A stretch of 64,000 bases of DNA from Paracoccaceae bacterium (GTDB lineage: Bacteria > Pseudomonadota > Alphaproteobacteria > Rhodobacterales > Rhodobacteraceae). Positions 50,593-60,282 of the stretch are shown here, piece after piece. The notes below the pieces were generated by a model. That model did not search any database, was not told where the DNA came from, and was given only the letters and a program-made list of their open reading frames with translations. The position numbers were made by a program, and so were the translations under genes. The stretch spans positions 34,640 to 98,639 of the forward strand of contig WRPH01000002.1 in NCBI GenBank assembly GCA_009773375.1, in the 5' to 3' direction. The stretch's first letter is position 1. Every line of letters begins with the position of its first letter.

Positions 50593-51377
50593 GCGTTCTT
50601 GTCGCCATCCCCGCCCGTTATGCCAGCACCCGCTATCCGGGCAAGCCCTTGGTTTCGTTGAAGGGCCCGGATGGCGACAAGACCCTGATCCGTCGCAGCT
50701 GGGAGGCTGCGATGGGTGTGGCGGGCGTGGACCGGGTGGTTGTGGCCACCGATGATGACCGTATCCGCGACCATGCGCTGGGCTTCGGGGCCGAGGTGGT
50801 GATGACTTCCTCTGCCTGCCAGAATGGCACCGAGCGTTGCGCCGAGGTGGCGGCCAAGCTGCCGGGGTTCGATGTGGTGGTGAACCTGCAAGGCGATGCG
50901 CCGCTGACGCCCGCATGGTTTGTCGAGGACCTGATCGCCGGGCTGTTGGCTGATCCGGGGGCAGATATTGCGACGCCGGTGCTGCGCTGCGATGGTCGGG
51001 CGCTGAACGGGTTTCTGGCAGATCGCCGCGCGGGCCGGGTTGGTGGCACCACGGCGGTTTTTGGTGCGGGGATGCGGGGGCTGTATTTCTCGAAAGAGGT
51101 GATCCCGTTTACCGGCAAGACCTATGCTGATGCCGATGAAACCCCGGTGTTCCACCATGTTGGCGTTTATGCCTACCGCCCCGCCGCTTTGGCGGCTTAT
51201 CCGGCGTGGCCGGTTGGCCCGCTGGAAACGCTGGAGGGGCTGGAGCAGTTGCGGTTTCTGGAAAACGGCCGTCAGGTGCTGTGCGTCGAAGTGCAGGCCA
51301 AGGGCCGCCAGTTCTGGGAGCTGAACAACCCCAGCGACGTGGCGGTGATCGAGGCGATGATGGCGTCTGCGGGATGA
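50589..51377 (+). CDS. kdsB: CMP-Kdo synthetase (KdsB/KpsU)
   Basis: IPARYASTRYPGKPL, VATDD, NGTERC, VNLQGDAP, HVGVYAY, LE.LEQLRFLE. Confidence 0.9.
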   Translation: MSVLVAIPARYASTRYPGKPLVSLKGPDGDKTLIRRSWEAAMGVAGVDRVVVATDDDRIRDHALGFGAEVVMTSSACQNGTERCAEVAAKLPGFDVVVNLQGDAPLTPAWFVEDLIAGLLADPGADIATPVLRCDGRALNGFLADRRAGRVGGTTAVFGAGMRGLYFSKEVIPFTGKTYADADETPVFHHVGVYAYRPAALAAYPAWPVGPLETLEGLEQLRFLENGRQVLCVEVQAKGRQFWELNNPSDVAVIEAMMASAG

Positions 51378-52582
51378 CCGCGCAGCCCGCCAGCGTCATC
51401 GTGGTCAGCCGTCATCGCACGGAAGCCCTGAAACGCTGTGTGGCGGCCTTGACCCAGCAGGATCATGCGCAGTTTGAGCTGATCGTGGTGGCCGACCCGG
51501 CGGCGATTGCGGCGGTGCGGTCGCTTGATTTGCCGCTGAAGCTGATTGCCTTCGACGAGGCCAATATCAGTGCCGCCCGCAACCTTGGGCTGTCCCAGGC
51601 GGCAGCAGCCGTGGTGGCGTTTATCGACGATGATGCGGTGGCCGAGCCGACGTGGCTGTCACGGCTGACCGCGGCTTTTGCCGATCCGCAGGTGGTTGCG
51701 GCCACTGGCTTTGTGCGGGGGCGCAATGGCATCTCTTATCAGTGGCAGGCCTGCGAGGTGGATGCGCTGGGGCAGGATCATCCGCTGGCAATCGCCCGCG
51801 ACAGCCTGCATCAAGGCACGCCGCAGCGGGCGGTGAAGACGCAAGGCACCAACTGCGCCTTTCGCCGCGATGCCTTGCTGGCGGTGGGCGGTTTTGACCC
51901 CGGCTATCGGTTCTTTCTGGACGAGGCCGATGTCAACCTGCGCATGGCACACCTTGGCCCCACCGCGATTATCCCGGATGCGCAGGTGCATCACGGCTTT
52001 GAGGCCAGCGCGCGCCGCGCCGCCAACCGGGTGCCGCTAAGCCTGTATGATATCGCCGCCAGCACGGCGATCTTCCTGCGCCGTCATGCGCCAATGGCTG
52101 ATCTTGATCAGGCGCTGAAGGCGTTGTCGCTGCGGGAGGCCGCGCGGATCGCGGGCCACCGCCGTGCCGGTCGGCTGGATGCGCAGGCGGAAACCGCGTT
52201 GCTGATCAGCCTTGCACAGGGCTGGCGCGATGGTCTGGCCCGGCCATTGGCCCCGCTGGCGCCGTTGCCGGTGCCGACCGCCCCATTGCTGCCGCTGCCC
52301 AGCGGCCCGCGTCCCGGCCAGGTTCTGGCTGGACGCATCTGGCAAAAGCGCCGCCTGATCGCACAGGCCGCCGCCGCCAAGGGCCTGATCACCACCGTTA
52401 TCGTGCTTTCTGCCACCGCGCGCCCGCATCGGCACAGCTTTCAGCCCGAGGGGTTCTGGCTGCAAACCGGCGGGTTGTTCGGGCCATCTGACCGACAAGG
52501 TCCGCGTCTGCGGTTGACCTCGTTTCGCCGCCGCATCGCCGAAGAGGCGGCCCGGCTTGCGCCCTGTCGCCCCATCGCCTGA
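51374..52582 (+). CDS. GT2 family glycosyltransferase
   Basis: ASVIVVS, NISAARN.G, FIDDDA, GTNCAFRR, GGFD. Confidence 0.85.
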   Translation: MTAQPASVIVVSRHRTEALKRCVAALTQQDHAQFELIVVADPAAIAAVRSLDLPLKLIAFDEANISAARNLGLSQAAAAVVAFIDDDAVAEPTWLSRLTAAFADPQVVAATGFVRGRNGISYQWQACEVDALGQDHPLAIARDSLHQGTPQRAVKTQGTNCAFRRDALLAVGGFDPGYRFFLDEADVNLRMAHLGPTAIIPDAQVHHGFEASARRAANRVPLSLYDIAASTAIFLRRHAPMADLDQALKALSLREAARIAGHRRAGRLDAQAETALLISLAQGWRDGLARPLAPLAPLPVPTAPLLPLPSGPRPGQVLAGRIWQKRRLIAQAAAAKGLITTVIVLSATARPHRHSFQPEGFWLQTGGLFGPSDRQGPRLRLTSFRRRIAEEAARLAPCRPIA

Positions 52583-52756
52583 CGAAAACGCCGCGTCGCA
52601 GGGTAAATTCATCGCATCGCAAGTACTGCATGTGTGAAATTTACACGCTTTGCCATACTGTTGCCAAAAACGAGACAGATTATTCTGTTAACACCTTGAT
52701 GATAGGTTATAAGCTCTGTCTGGAAAGCCATTTGCGCAGTGCGAAAGAGTGGGGCG

Positions 52757-53650
52757 ATGAAAATCAAGAAGGTAACAAAGGCGGTATTCCCGGTTGCGGG
52801 CATGGGAACGCGTTTCCTTCCGGCAACCAAGTCGATCCCGAAAGAGATCATGACGCTGGTTGACCGACCGCTGATTCAATACGCGATCGACGAAGCGCGT
52901 GCTGCCGGGATCAAGGAATTCATCTTTGTCACCTCGCGCGGGAAATCCGCGCTGGAGGATTACTTCGACCATTCGCCCGAGCTGGAAAACACTCTGCGTA
53001 AAGCGGGCAAAGATGAGCTGTTGGAGATTCTGAAAGAAACCAACATGGATTCGGGTGCGATTGCCTATTTGCGGCAAAATCGCCCGCTGGGTCTGGGCCA
53101 TGCGGTATGGTGCGCCCGCCGTCTGATCGGCGACGAACCTTTCGCGGTGCTGCTGCCCGATGACGTGATCGCCGCCGAAAAGCCCTGCTTGCAGCAGATG
53201 ATGGAAGCCTATGAACAGACCGGCGGCAATATGGTTGCCGCAATGGAGGTGCCGCCGCACAAGGCCTCCAGCTATGGCGTGCTGGATATTGCCGAGGATA
53301 TGGGCGCTATCGTGCAGGCCAAGGGGATGGTGGAAAAGCCGAAGGCCGATCAGGCCCCTTCGAACCTTGCGGTGATCGGGCGCTATATTCTTTCGCCCAA
53401 GGTGCTGATAAACCTGAATAAAATGAAGCAAGGCACAGGCGGTGAAATTCAGTTGACCGATGCGATTGCCGAAGAAGCCAAGACCGGCAAGGTCTATGGG
53501 TATCGTTTCCGTGGCCAGCGCTATGATTGTGGATCAAAGGCGGGGTTCTTGCAGGCGACGGTGGCCTTTGGTCTGGCTCGTCCCGATCTGCGCGAAGAAT
53601 TCGGTGCCTATCTGAACGACATGATCGCGCTGCAAAAGGCGGCGCAGTAA
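52757..53650 (+). CDS. galU: UTP-glucose-1-phosphate uridylyltransferase
   Basis: AVFPVAGMGTRFLPATK.IPKE, LGLGHAV, LLPDD, VEKP, GEIQLTDA, DCG. Confidence 0.96.
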   Translation: MKIKKVTKAVFPVAGMGTRFLPATKSIPKEIMTLVDRPLIQYAIDEARAAGIKEFIFVTSRGKSALEDYFDHSPELENTLRKAGKDELLEILKETNMDSGAIAYLRQNRPLGLGHAVWCARRLIGDEPFAVLLPDDVIAAEKPCLQQMMEAYEQTGGNMVAAMEVPPHKASSYGVLDIAEDMGAIVQAKGMVEKPKADQAPSNLAVIGRYILSPKVLINLNKMKQGTGGEIQLTDAIAEEAKTGKVYGYRFRGQRYDCGSKAGFLQATVAFGLARPDLREEFGAYLNDMIALQKAAQ

Positions 53651-53653
53651 CTG

Positions 53654-54838
53654 GTGGTTCCGGCGCGGCTACTGGACCTGACGCGGCTGTTGTCGCGGCT
53701 GGGCCGGGGGCCGATGACCGGGGTTGATCGGGTTGAATTCGCCTATCTGGATCATCTGCTGGCGCTGCCGGACCCGGTTTACGGGCTGATCCGGTCGGCG
53801 ATTGGCTATCTGCTGCTGGACCGGGTTGGTATGGCGGCGCTGCGCGACGGCCGGGTGGACCTGACCCGCAGCGATTGGATCGGGCGGTTGGCCTACCGCG
53901 ATGACCCCGCCCGCGCCCGCGCCGAGGCTGGCATTCGCCGTCTGGCCATCGCCCGCATCGCCCGCACAAGACTGGCGCAAAGTTTGCGGCGGTATTTGCC
54001 GGCCGGTGCCAGCTATCTGAACACCGGCCACGCCAATCTGGACGGGCGGACGCTGCGGCAAATTCATGCGGCTGGCCTGCGGATCGCGGTCTTGGTGCAT
54101 GACACCATTCCGCTCGATCACCCCGAGTTTGCCCGCGCCGACATGATCGCGCCGTTTCGTCGCAAGATGGAAACGGTGGCGCAACAAGCCGATCTGGTGA
54201 TCCATACCAGCCACGACGCCCGTGCCAAGACCGAGGCGCAGTTTGCCAGCATGGGCCGGGTGCCCGAGGCGGTGGTCGCCAATCTTGGGGTGACGGTGGC
54301 CGCGCTCACGGATTTGCCGTTTGCACCGCAACCGCCGTATTTCGTCATTCTGGGCACCATCGAGCCGCGCAAGAACCACGCGCTGCTGCTGGATATCTGG
54401 GAAAAGCTGCCGAATCCGCCGCGTCTATATATCGTCGGCGGGCGCGGTTGGTCGAATGAGGCGATTGCCGCCCGGCTGGACGCGCTGCCGCCGGGATCGG
54501 CGGTGCGGGAACTGACCGGCCTTGCCGATGGCGCGGTGGCCAGCCTGCTGCAAGGTGCGCAGGCGCTGCTGTTTCCCAGCCATGCAGAGGGCTTTGGCCT
54601 GCCCGCGCTGGAGGCTGCAGCGCTGGGCACCCCGGTCATCGCCGCCGACCTGCCGGTGTTCCGCGAGTTGCTGGGGGACTTCGCAGTTTACCTTAATGCC
54701 GCAGACAGTTATTCTTGGCTGGAAACAATCAGCGAGTTGGCTACAACGGAATTGATGGGGGCAGAACTGGCGGGACGCATTCGGAAGACTCCGCCAAATT
54801 GGGCTGATCATTTCAAGATTGTCTTAAGAAGGGTGTGA
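53654..54838 (+). CDS. GT4 family (GT-B) glycosyltransferase
   Basis: TGVDRVE, VHDTIP, LGTIEPRKNH, FPSHAEGFGLPALEA. Confidence 0.88.
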   Translation: MVPARLLDLTRLLSRLGRGPMTGVDRVEFAYLDHLLALPDPVYGLIRSAIGYLLLDRVGMAALRDGRVDLTRSDWIGRLAYRDDPARARAEAGIRRLAIARIARTRLAQSLRRYLPAGASYLNTGHANLDGRTLRQIHAAGLRIAVLVHDTIPLDHPEFARADMIAPFRRKMETVAQQADLVIHTSHDARAKTEAQFASMGRVPEAVVANLGVTVAALTDLPFAPQPPYFVILGTIEPRKNHALLLDIWEKLPNPPRLYIVGGRGWSNEAIAARLDALPPGSAVRELTGLADGAVASLLQGAQALLFPSHAEGFGLPALEAAALGTPVIAADLPVFRELLGDFAVYLNAADSYSWLETISELATTELMGAELAGRIRKTPPNWADHFKIVLRRV

Positions 54839-54880
54839 TAACCCGGTCGACGGGACAACAGCGCAGGCGAAAGAGTAAAG

Positions 54881-55891
54881 GTGAGCGTTTTTTCTCGATA
54901 TCTCATGCGGCTGGCGCGCAAACGCTGGAGGATCCGCGCCTTCCGCAAGCGGCGGGAGCTGCGTCCGGTCATCGACCGCGCCAACCTGATTGCGCCCGAC
55001 CATATCCTGCTGTTTTCCACCCTGCGCAATGAACGCGTCCGGCTGCCGTATTTCCTGCGTTATTACCGCGGCCTTGGCGTCAATCATTTCCTGATCGTAG
55101 ACAATGACAGCACCGATGGCAGCCGCGAATATCTGGCCGCGCAGCCGGATGTGTCACTGTGGACAAGCAAGCACAGCTACAAACGGTCGCGCTTCGGGGT
55201 GGATTGGCTGAACTGGCTGCAGATGAAATACGCCCACGGCCATTGGACGCTGGTGGTCGATCCGGACGAGTTTTTCGTCTATCCGTTCTGCGACACCCGG
55301 CCATTACGGGCGCTGACCGACTGGCTGGATGCGTCCTCGATCAAGTCGTTTTCGGCGATGCTGCTGGACATGTATCCCAAGGGCCCGTTCGATGTGATGC
55401 CGTATCACGAAGGCCAGGACCCGTTTGAAATCGCGCCGTATTTTGACAGCGGCAATTATGTGATCCAGCGCAACCGCAAATACGGCAACCTGTGGATTCA
55501 GGGCGGCCCGCGCATGCGGATGTTCTTTCAGGATCTGCCGGAACGCGCCCCGGCACTGAACAAGATTCCGCTGGTGAAATGGGATCGTGATTACGCCTAT
55601 GTATCCTCGACGCATATGTTGCTGCCGCGCGGGCTTAATCAGGTTTATGATGAATGGGGCGGCGAAAAAGCCTCGGGTTGCCTTCTTCATGCCAAGTTTC
55701 TCGATACCTTTGCCCATAAGGCCGAGGAAGAGATGGAACGTCGCCAACATTACGCCAACAGCCACGAATACCGCGCCTATCGCGCCGGGATCAGCACGCA
55801 GCCCGATCTGTGGTGCAAGTGGAGCGAGAAATACATCAACTGGCGCCAGCTTGAAATTCTGGGGCTGATGTCCAAGGGCAACTGGGCATGA
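54881..55891 (+). CDS. GT2-like glycosyltransferase (Glyco_tranf_2_4 type)
   Basis: RNERVRLPYFL.YY..LGV.HF.IVDNDSTDG, VDPDEF, LLHAKF. Confidence 0.82.
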   Translation: MSVFSRYLMRLARKRWRIRAFRKRRELRPVIDRANLIAPDHILLFSTLRNERVRLPYFLRYYRGLGVNHFLIVDNDSTDGSREYLAAQPDVSLWTSKHSYKRSRFGVDWLNWLQMKYAHGHWTLVVDPDEFFVYPFCDTRPLRALTDWLDASSIKSFSAMLLDMYPKGPFDVMPYHEGQDPFEIAPYFDSGNYVIQRNRKYGNLWIQGGPRMRMFFQDLPERAPALNKIPLVKWDRDYAYVSSTHMLLPRGLNQVYDEWGGEKASGCLLHAKFLDTFAHKAEEEMERRQHYANSHEYRAYRAGISTQPDLWCKWSEKYINWRQLEILGLMSKGNWA

Positions 55892-57585
55892 CGGTTGGCT
55901 TTGTCATGCTGTGCCACACAGCGCTGGACCGGGCGTCGCAGGTGGCGCGGCATTGGGCCGAGCGCGACTGCCCGGTGGTCATCCACGTTGATTACCGGGT
56001 CAAGCGCAAGGCCTATGATGGCATGGTCAAGTCTTTGGCCGATCTGCCAAATATCCGCTTTTCCGGCCGCCATGCCTGCGAATGGGGCACCTGGGGCATC
56101 GTCGCGGCCACGCAAGAGGCCAGCACCATCATGCTGCGCGATTTTCCGGCGGTGCGGCACGTCTATCTGGCCTCTGGCTCTTGCCTGCCGCTGCGCCCGG
56201 TGGATGAATTGCTGGCCTATCTGGCCGAACGCCCGCGCACCGATTTCATCGAATCTGTCACCACCGAAGATGTTGGCTGGACGATCGGCGGGCTGGATGT
56301 CGAACGCTTTACCCTGCGATTCCCGTTCAGTTGGCGCAAGCAGCGTCGGCTGTTTGATGGCTATGTGCGGCTGCAACGCCGCCTGCATTTCCGCCGCCGC
56401 ATTCCGGCTGGCGTGGTGCCGCATCTGGGCAGCCAGTGGTGGTGCCTGACCCGGCAAACCCTGTCCGCCATTCTGGAAAACCCCGAACGCGCCGAGATTG
56501 ACCGTTATTTCCGCCGCGTCTGGATACCCGATGAAAGCTATTTTCAGACGCTGGTGCGGCAGGTTTCGGCCAATGTTGAAAGCCGGTCGCTGACGCTGTC
56601 GAAGTTCGACTTTCAGGGCAAACCGCACATCTTTTACGATGACCATCTGCAACTGCTGCGCCGGTCGGATTGCTTTGTTGCCCGCAAGATCTGGCCGCAT
56701 GCCGACCGGCTGTATAAAACCTTCCTGTCCGGTGACGGCGGCGCGCAGGCGGTGGCAGAGCCTAACCCCGGCAAGATCGACCGGTTGTTTGCCAAGGCGG
56801 TGGAGCGCCGCACCAAGGGCCGTGCCGGCCTTTACATGCAATCGCGCCACCCCAACGAAAACTGGGAAAACGGTCGCACTGCAGCGCCCTATTCAGTGTT
56901 CGAAGGTTTTGCCGATCTGTTCGAGAATTTTGAAATCTGGCTGGGCAAGGCCACCGGCACTCGCGTGCATGGCCATCTGTTCGCCGAAACTCGGGTGCAG
57001 TTCGCGGGCGGCGAAAAGATTTACAACGGCGCGCTGTGCGACAGTGCCGCGATGCGCGATTACAATCCGACCTCGTTTCTGACCAACCTGATCTGGAATA
57101 CCCGCGGCGAGCGCCAGTGTTTTCAGTTTGGCCCCGCTGACAATCAGGCTTTGGGCCATTTCATCGCGGGCGATCCGAACGCGCAGATCTCTGTGATTTC
57201 AGGGGCTTGGGCTATTCCGTTGTTTCATGCCAACAGCAATTTCGGTGAAATCCGCAAAGAAGCGGCACGGCTGCAAAAGATCGAGGCTGAATTTCTGAAC
57301 ACCCTGCGCAGCCCTTGGGTCAAGGCGCGGGTGCGCACCTGGGCGCTGGCCGAATTTGTGGAAAACCCGATGGAGCCGCTGCAAACCATCGTCGATGAGA
57401 TCAGCCCGCGCGCGATGCGGCGGCTGACCGAGGCACCACGGCTGGCCGACCTGACCGGCTTTGGCCAGTTTTTGCAGAACTTGCGCAATCAGGGCATGCA
57501 GCCGGTGCTGATGGGCGATTTTCCGACCGGCGATGACCCGCGCGGCACCACCTCGCGGCGTGGTCGCCCTTATCTGGTGAAGTGA
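55888..57585 (+). CDS. GT14 (Core-2/I-branching, beta-1,6-GlcNAc transferase-like) protein with long C-terminal extension
   Basis: VMLCH, VIHVD, CEWG, LASGSCLP, GSQWW.LTR, IPDESYFQT. Confidence 0.78.
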   Translation: MTVGFVMLCHTALDRASQVARHWAERDCPVVIHVDYRVKRKAYDGMVKSLADLPNIRFSGRHACEWGTWGIVAATQEASTIMLRDFPAVRHVYLASGSCLPLRPVDELLAYLAERPRTDFIESVTTEDVGWTIGGLDVERFTLRFPFSWRKQRRLFDGYVRLQRRLHFRRRIPAGVVPHLGSQWWCLTRQTLSAILENPERAEIDRYFRRVWIPDESYFQTLVRQVSANVESRSLTLSKFDFQGKPHIFYDDHLQLLRRSDCFVARKIWPHADRLYKTFLSGDGGAQAVAEPNPGKIDRLFAKAVERRTKGRAGLYMQSRHPNENWENGRTAAPYSVFEGFADLFENFEIWLGKATGTRVHGHLFAETRVQFAGGEKIYNGALCDSAAMRDYNPTSFLTNLIWNTRGERQCFQFGPADNQALGHFIAGDPNAQISVISGAWAIPLFHANSNFGEIRKEAARLQKIEAEFLNTLRSPWVKARVRTWALAEFVENPMEPLQTIVDEISPRAMRRLTEAPRLADLTGFGQFLQNLRNQGMQPVLMGDFPTGDDPRGTTSRRGRPYLVK

Positions 57586-57586
57586 C

Positions 57587-58984
57587 GTGGGCCGGTTTAC
57601 CTCTTTCGTGATTTTCGCTGAAATGCGCACCGGCTCCAACTTTCTGGAGGCCAATATCAACCAGTTGCCGGGCGTCCACAGCTATGGTGAGGCGTTCAAC
57701 CCCTATCTGATCGGCGGCGAGGGGAATGACGGGCTGTTCGGCTTCAGCCTTGCGGCGCGCGATGCAGATCCGGCCAGCTTTCTGCGGTCGATGCGGGCGC
57801 ATACCAAGGGGCTGGCGGGGTTTCGGTTTTTCTCGGATCACGACGCGCGGGTGTTCGATCTGGTGGTCGATGACCCGACCTGCGCCAAGATCATTCTGAC
57901 CCGCAATCAGCTGGAAAGCTACATCAGCTGGAAGATCGCCACCGAATCCGATCAGTGGTGGCTGGCAGATACCAAACACCTGCAAACCGTGCGGCCGCGG
58001 TTTGATCTGGCAGAGTTTCAGGCGCGGCTGGACGCGACGCAAGCGTTTCAGCGCAAGCTGGTGCATCGCTTGCAGATCAGCGGCCAGACCGCGTTCTACA
58101 TTGATTACGATGACGTGCTGGACCTGGAGGTTCTGAACGGGCTGGCGGCGTTTTTGGGTGTCGAGGCGCGGCTGCCGAAACTGAACTTCGATTTCAAAAA
58201 GCAAAACCCCGAGGCTGTGGCCGACAAGGTATTGAACCCCAAGGAAATGCAGGCCGGTCTGGCCAGGGTCGATTGGTTCAGCATCCATCACACCCCGAAC
58301 TTTGAGCCGAGACGACAAGCGGCGGTGCCACAGTATGTCGCGTCGGAAGGCGCGCCGTTGCTGTTCATGCCGCTGAAATCCGGGCCGGAAGCGCGGTTGC
58401 GCAAGTGGCTGCAAAGCTATGGTGCGCTGCTGCCGGGGTTTGATCGGCAAAGCCTGCGCAAGTGGAAGGTGGCGCATCCGGGGCTGCGCAGCTTTGCCGT
58501 GCTGCGGCACCCGCTGGCCCGTGCCTATGCCGCCTATTGCGACTATCTGGAAAAGGACTGGATGCCCGAACTGCGGCTGCATCTGGCCGAGGTGCACAAG
58601 TTCATCTTGCCGCCGAAGGGGCAGGGCTTTGCCAGCGCCGATGAATTCCGCGCCGGGTTCAAGGTGTTTCTGGAATTGTCGCGGCATATGCTGAACGGGC
58701 GCACCGGGCTGAAAATGCCGCCGCAGATTGCCACTCAGGGCGCGCTGTTACAGGGGTTTGGCCAGTTGCAGGCCCCTGATCATCTGCTGCGCGAAGATCG
58801 GTTGGCCGAAGGGCTGGGCTTTCTGGCGGCTGAAACCGGCATTGCGGCAAACCCGCTGCCGCGCGAGCCGGAAAGTCCGCCCTATGCCTTGGCCGATCTT
58901 TACGGCCCCGATCTGGAGGAGTTTGGCTTTGAAGCCTATTGGCGTGATTACGAGGCGTTCGGCTTTCAGGAATGGCGGCGCTGA
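57587..58984 (+). CDS. Sulfotransferase-family protein (NodH/Stf0-like N-domain plus second sulfotransferase-like domain)
   Basis: FAEMRTGSNFL (5'-PSB-like), LTRNQLESYISW; second domain FMPLKSG...LRHPLARAYAAY; GTG start. Confidence 0.75.
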   Translation: MGRFTSFVIFAEMRTGSNFLEANINQLPGVHSYGEAFNPYLIGGEGNDGLFGFSLAARDADPASFLRSMRAHTKGLAGFRFFSDHDARVFDLVVDDPTCAKIILTRNQLESYISWKIATESDQWWLADTKHLQTVRPRFDLAEFQARLDATQAFQRKLVHRLQISGQTAFYIDYDDVLDLEVLNGLAAFLGVEARLPKLNFDFKKQNPEAVADKVLNPKEMQAGLARVDWFSIHHTPNFEPRRQAAVPQYVASEGAPLLFMPLKSGPEARLRKWLQSYGALLPGFDRQSLRKWKVAHPGLRSFAVLRHPLARAYAAYCDYLEKDWMPELRLHLAEVHKFILPPKGQGFASADEFRAGFKVFLELSRHMLNGRTGLKMPPQIATQGALLQGFGQLQAPDHLLREDRLAEGLGFLAAETGIAANPLPREPESPPYALADLYGPDLEEFGFEAYWRDYEAFGFQEWRR

Positions 58985-58990
58985 AGCAGC

Positions 58991-59458
58991 TTACGCTGCG
59001 ACCTGCGGCGTGCGCGCCTCGGTCAGGATGGCATACAGCTTGTCCGGGTCGGCATTGGCGCGCAGTTTGGCGCAGATGCCCGGATCGCGCATGGTGCGCG
59101 ACACCAGCGCCAGCGCTTTCAGATGTTCCACCCCGGAATCCTTGGGGGCAAACAGACCAAAGATCAGGTCCACCGGCTGCCGATCAACGCTTTCGTAATC
59201 CAGCGGCTTTTCCAACCGGATGAACACACCGATGATGCGGTCCATTTCTTCAAGCCGGGCGTGGGGCAGGGCGATGCCGTTGCCCACCCCGGTTGGACCG
59301 AGGCTTTCGCGCTCCTGCAAGCCATCGACGCAAATCGCCGAAGACAGGCCATAAGCCTGCGCGGCAACCTCTCCCAGTTCCTGGAAGAGGCGCTTTTTGC
59401 TGGTCAACTGGCCCAGAACCCGGACGGCCCCCGGTATCAACAGTTTAGAAAGGTCCAT
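58991..59458 (-). CDS. ptsN: PTS IIA-like nitrogen regulatory protein
   Basis: SKKRLFQEL, RESLGPTGVG.GIALPHAR, PVDLIF.L.AP, HLKALA. Confidence 0.95.
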   Translation of the reverse strand: MDLSKLLIPGAVRVLGQLTSKKRLFQELGEVAAQAYGLSSAICVDGLQERESLGPTGVGNGIALPHARLEEMDRIIGVFIRLEKPLDYESVDRQPVDLIFGLFAPKDSGVEHLKALALVSRTMRDPGICAKLRANADPDKLYAILTEARTPQVAA

Positions 59459-59493
59459 CCGGCGATCCGTCCTTCCGCAGCCCTTGGGCTACG

Positions 59494-60069
59494 TTATTTG
59501 CTGTTACGCGGGTCGATCCAGCCGATATTCCCGTCATCGCGACGGTATACGACGTTCACGCCCGCATGTCCTTCATTGCGGAACACCAGAAATTTCTGAC
59601 CAGACAGTTCCAGCTGCATCACGGCCTCACCCACGGTGATCGACGGAATTTTGGTTTCCATCTCGGCAATGATGATCGGCTGCGGAACGCCAATGTCGTC
59701 GTCTTCCGGCTCCTCGGTTGGCGCGAGGATATAGGACGAGGCCCCGCCGAATTCAACAGGTTCCGGACGGTTCTGGTGATGGTTGCGGATGCGGCGCTTG
59801 TAACGGCGCAACTGCTTGTCCATCTTTTCGCGGCAGGATTCGAAAGCCGCATAAATTTCGGTGGCGTGGCCCTTGGCCTGCGCGTTCAGCCCGGTGGACA
59901 GGTGGATCACGGCTTCGCAAACATATTCATGCGCCGACTTGGAAAAGACGATGATGGCCTCGGTAGGGCGCTGGGCATATTTCTCTACCACCTCGCCCAA
60001 TTCGGCCTTCACATGGGTCTGAAGGGCCTCGCCGATATCAATCTGTTTTCCGCTGATCTGGTAGCGCAT
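59494..60069 (-). CDS. hpf: Ribosome hibernation promoting factor (long HPF)
   Basis: QISGKQIDIGEAL, YAAFE...EK..KQLRRYK, AVMQLEL, NVVYRRDDGNIG. Confidence 0.94.
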   Translation of the reverse strand: MRYQISGKQIDIGEALQTHVKAELGEVVEKYAQRPTEAIIVFSKSAHEYVCEAVIHLSTGLNAQAKGHATEIYAAFESCREKMDKQLRRYKRRIRNHHQNRPEPVEFGGASSYILAPTEEPEDDDIGVPQPIIIAEMETKIPSITVGEAVMQLELSGQKFLVFRNEGHAGVNVVYRRDDGNIGWIDPRNSK

Positions 60070-60282
60070 GATGCCTCCTTTTGCGCGTAAGGTCACAGTC
60101 TTCCGTTGCACACGGAAGGGTTGACTTTTCTTGTTTTTCGTGGGGTTAGCGAGGCCAATTGCCACCAGTCGCGGGGCCGTTGGGTGGCCGCTTCGGTCTG
60201 GAAAGGCAAGGCGCAATGGGCTCGCATCCTTAGTATTTGGGGATGCCTAGGACCACTTGTCAACAGCGCAGAAGGAAATGAG

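Noticed and set aside
52686-52710. CtrA-like site upstream of galU
   Set aside because: Only a GTTAAC half site plus a two-mismatch TTGA-N7-TTAT; too weak to call.
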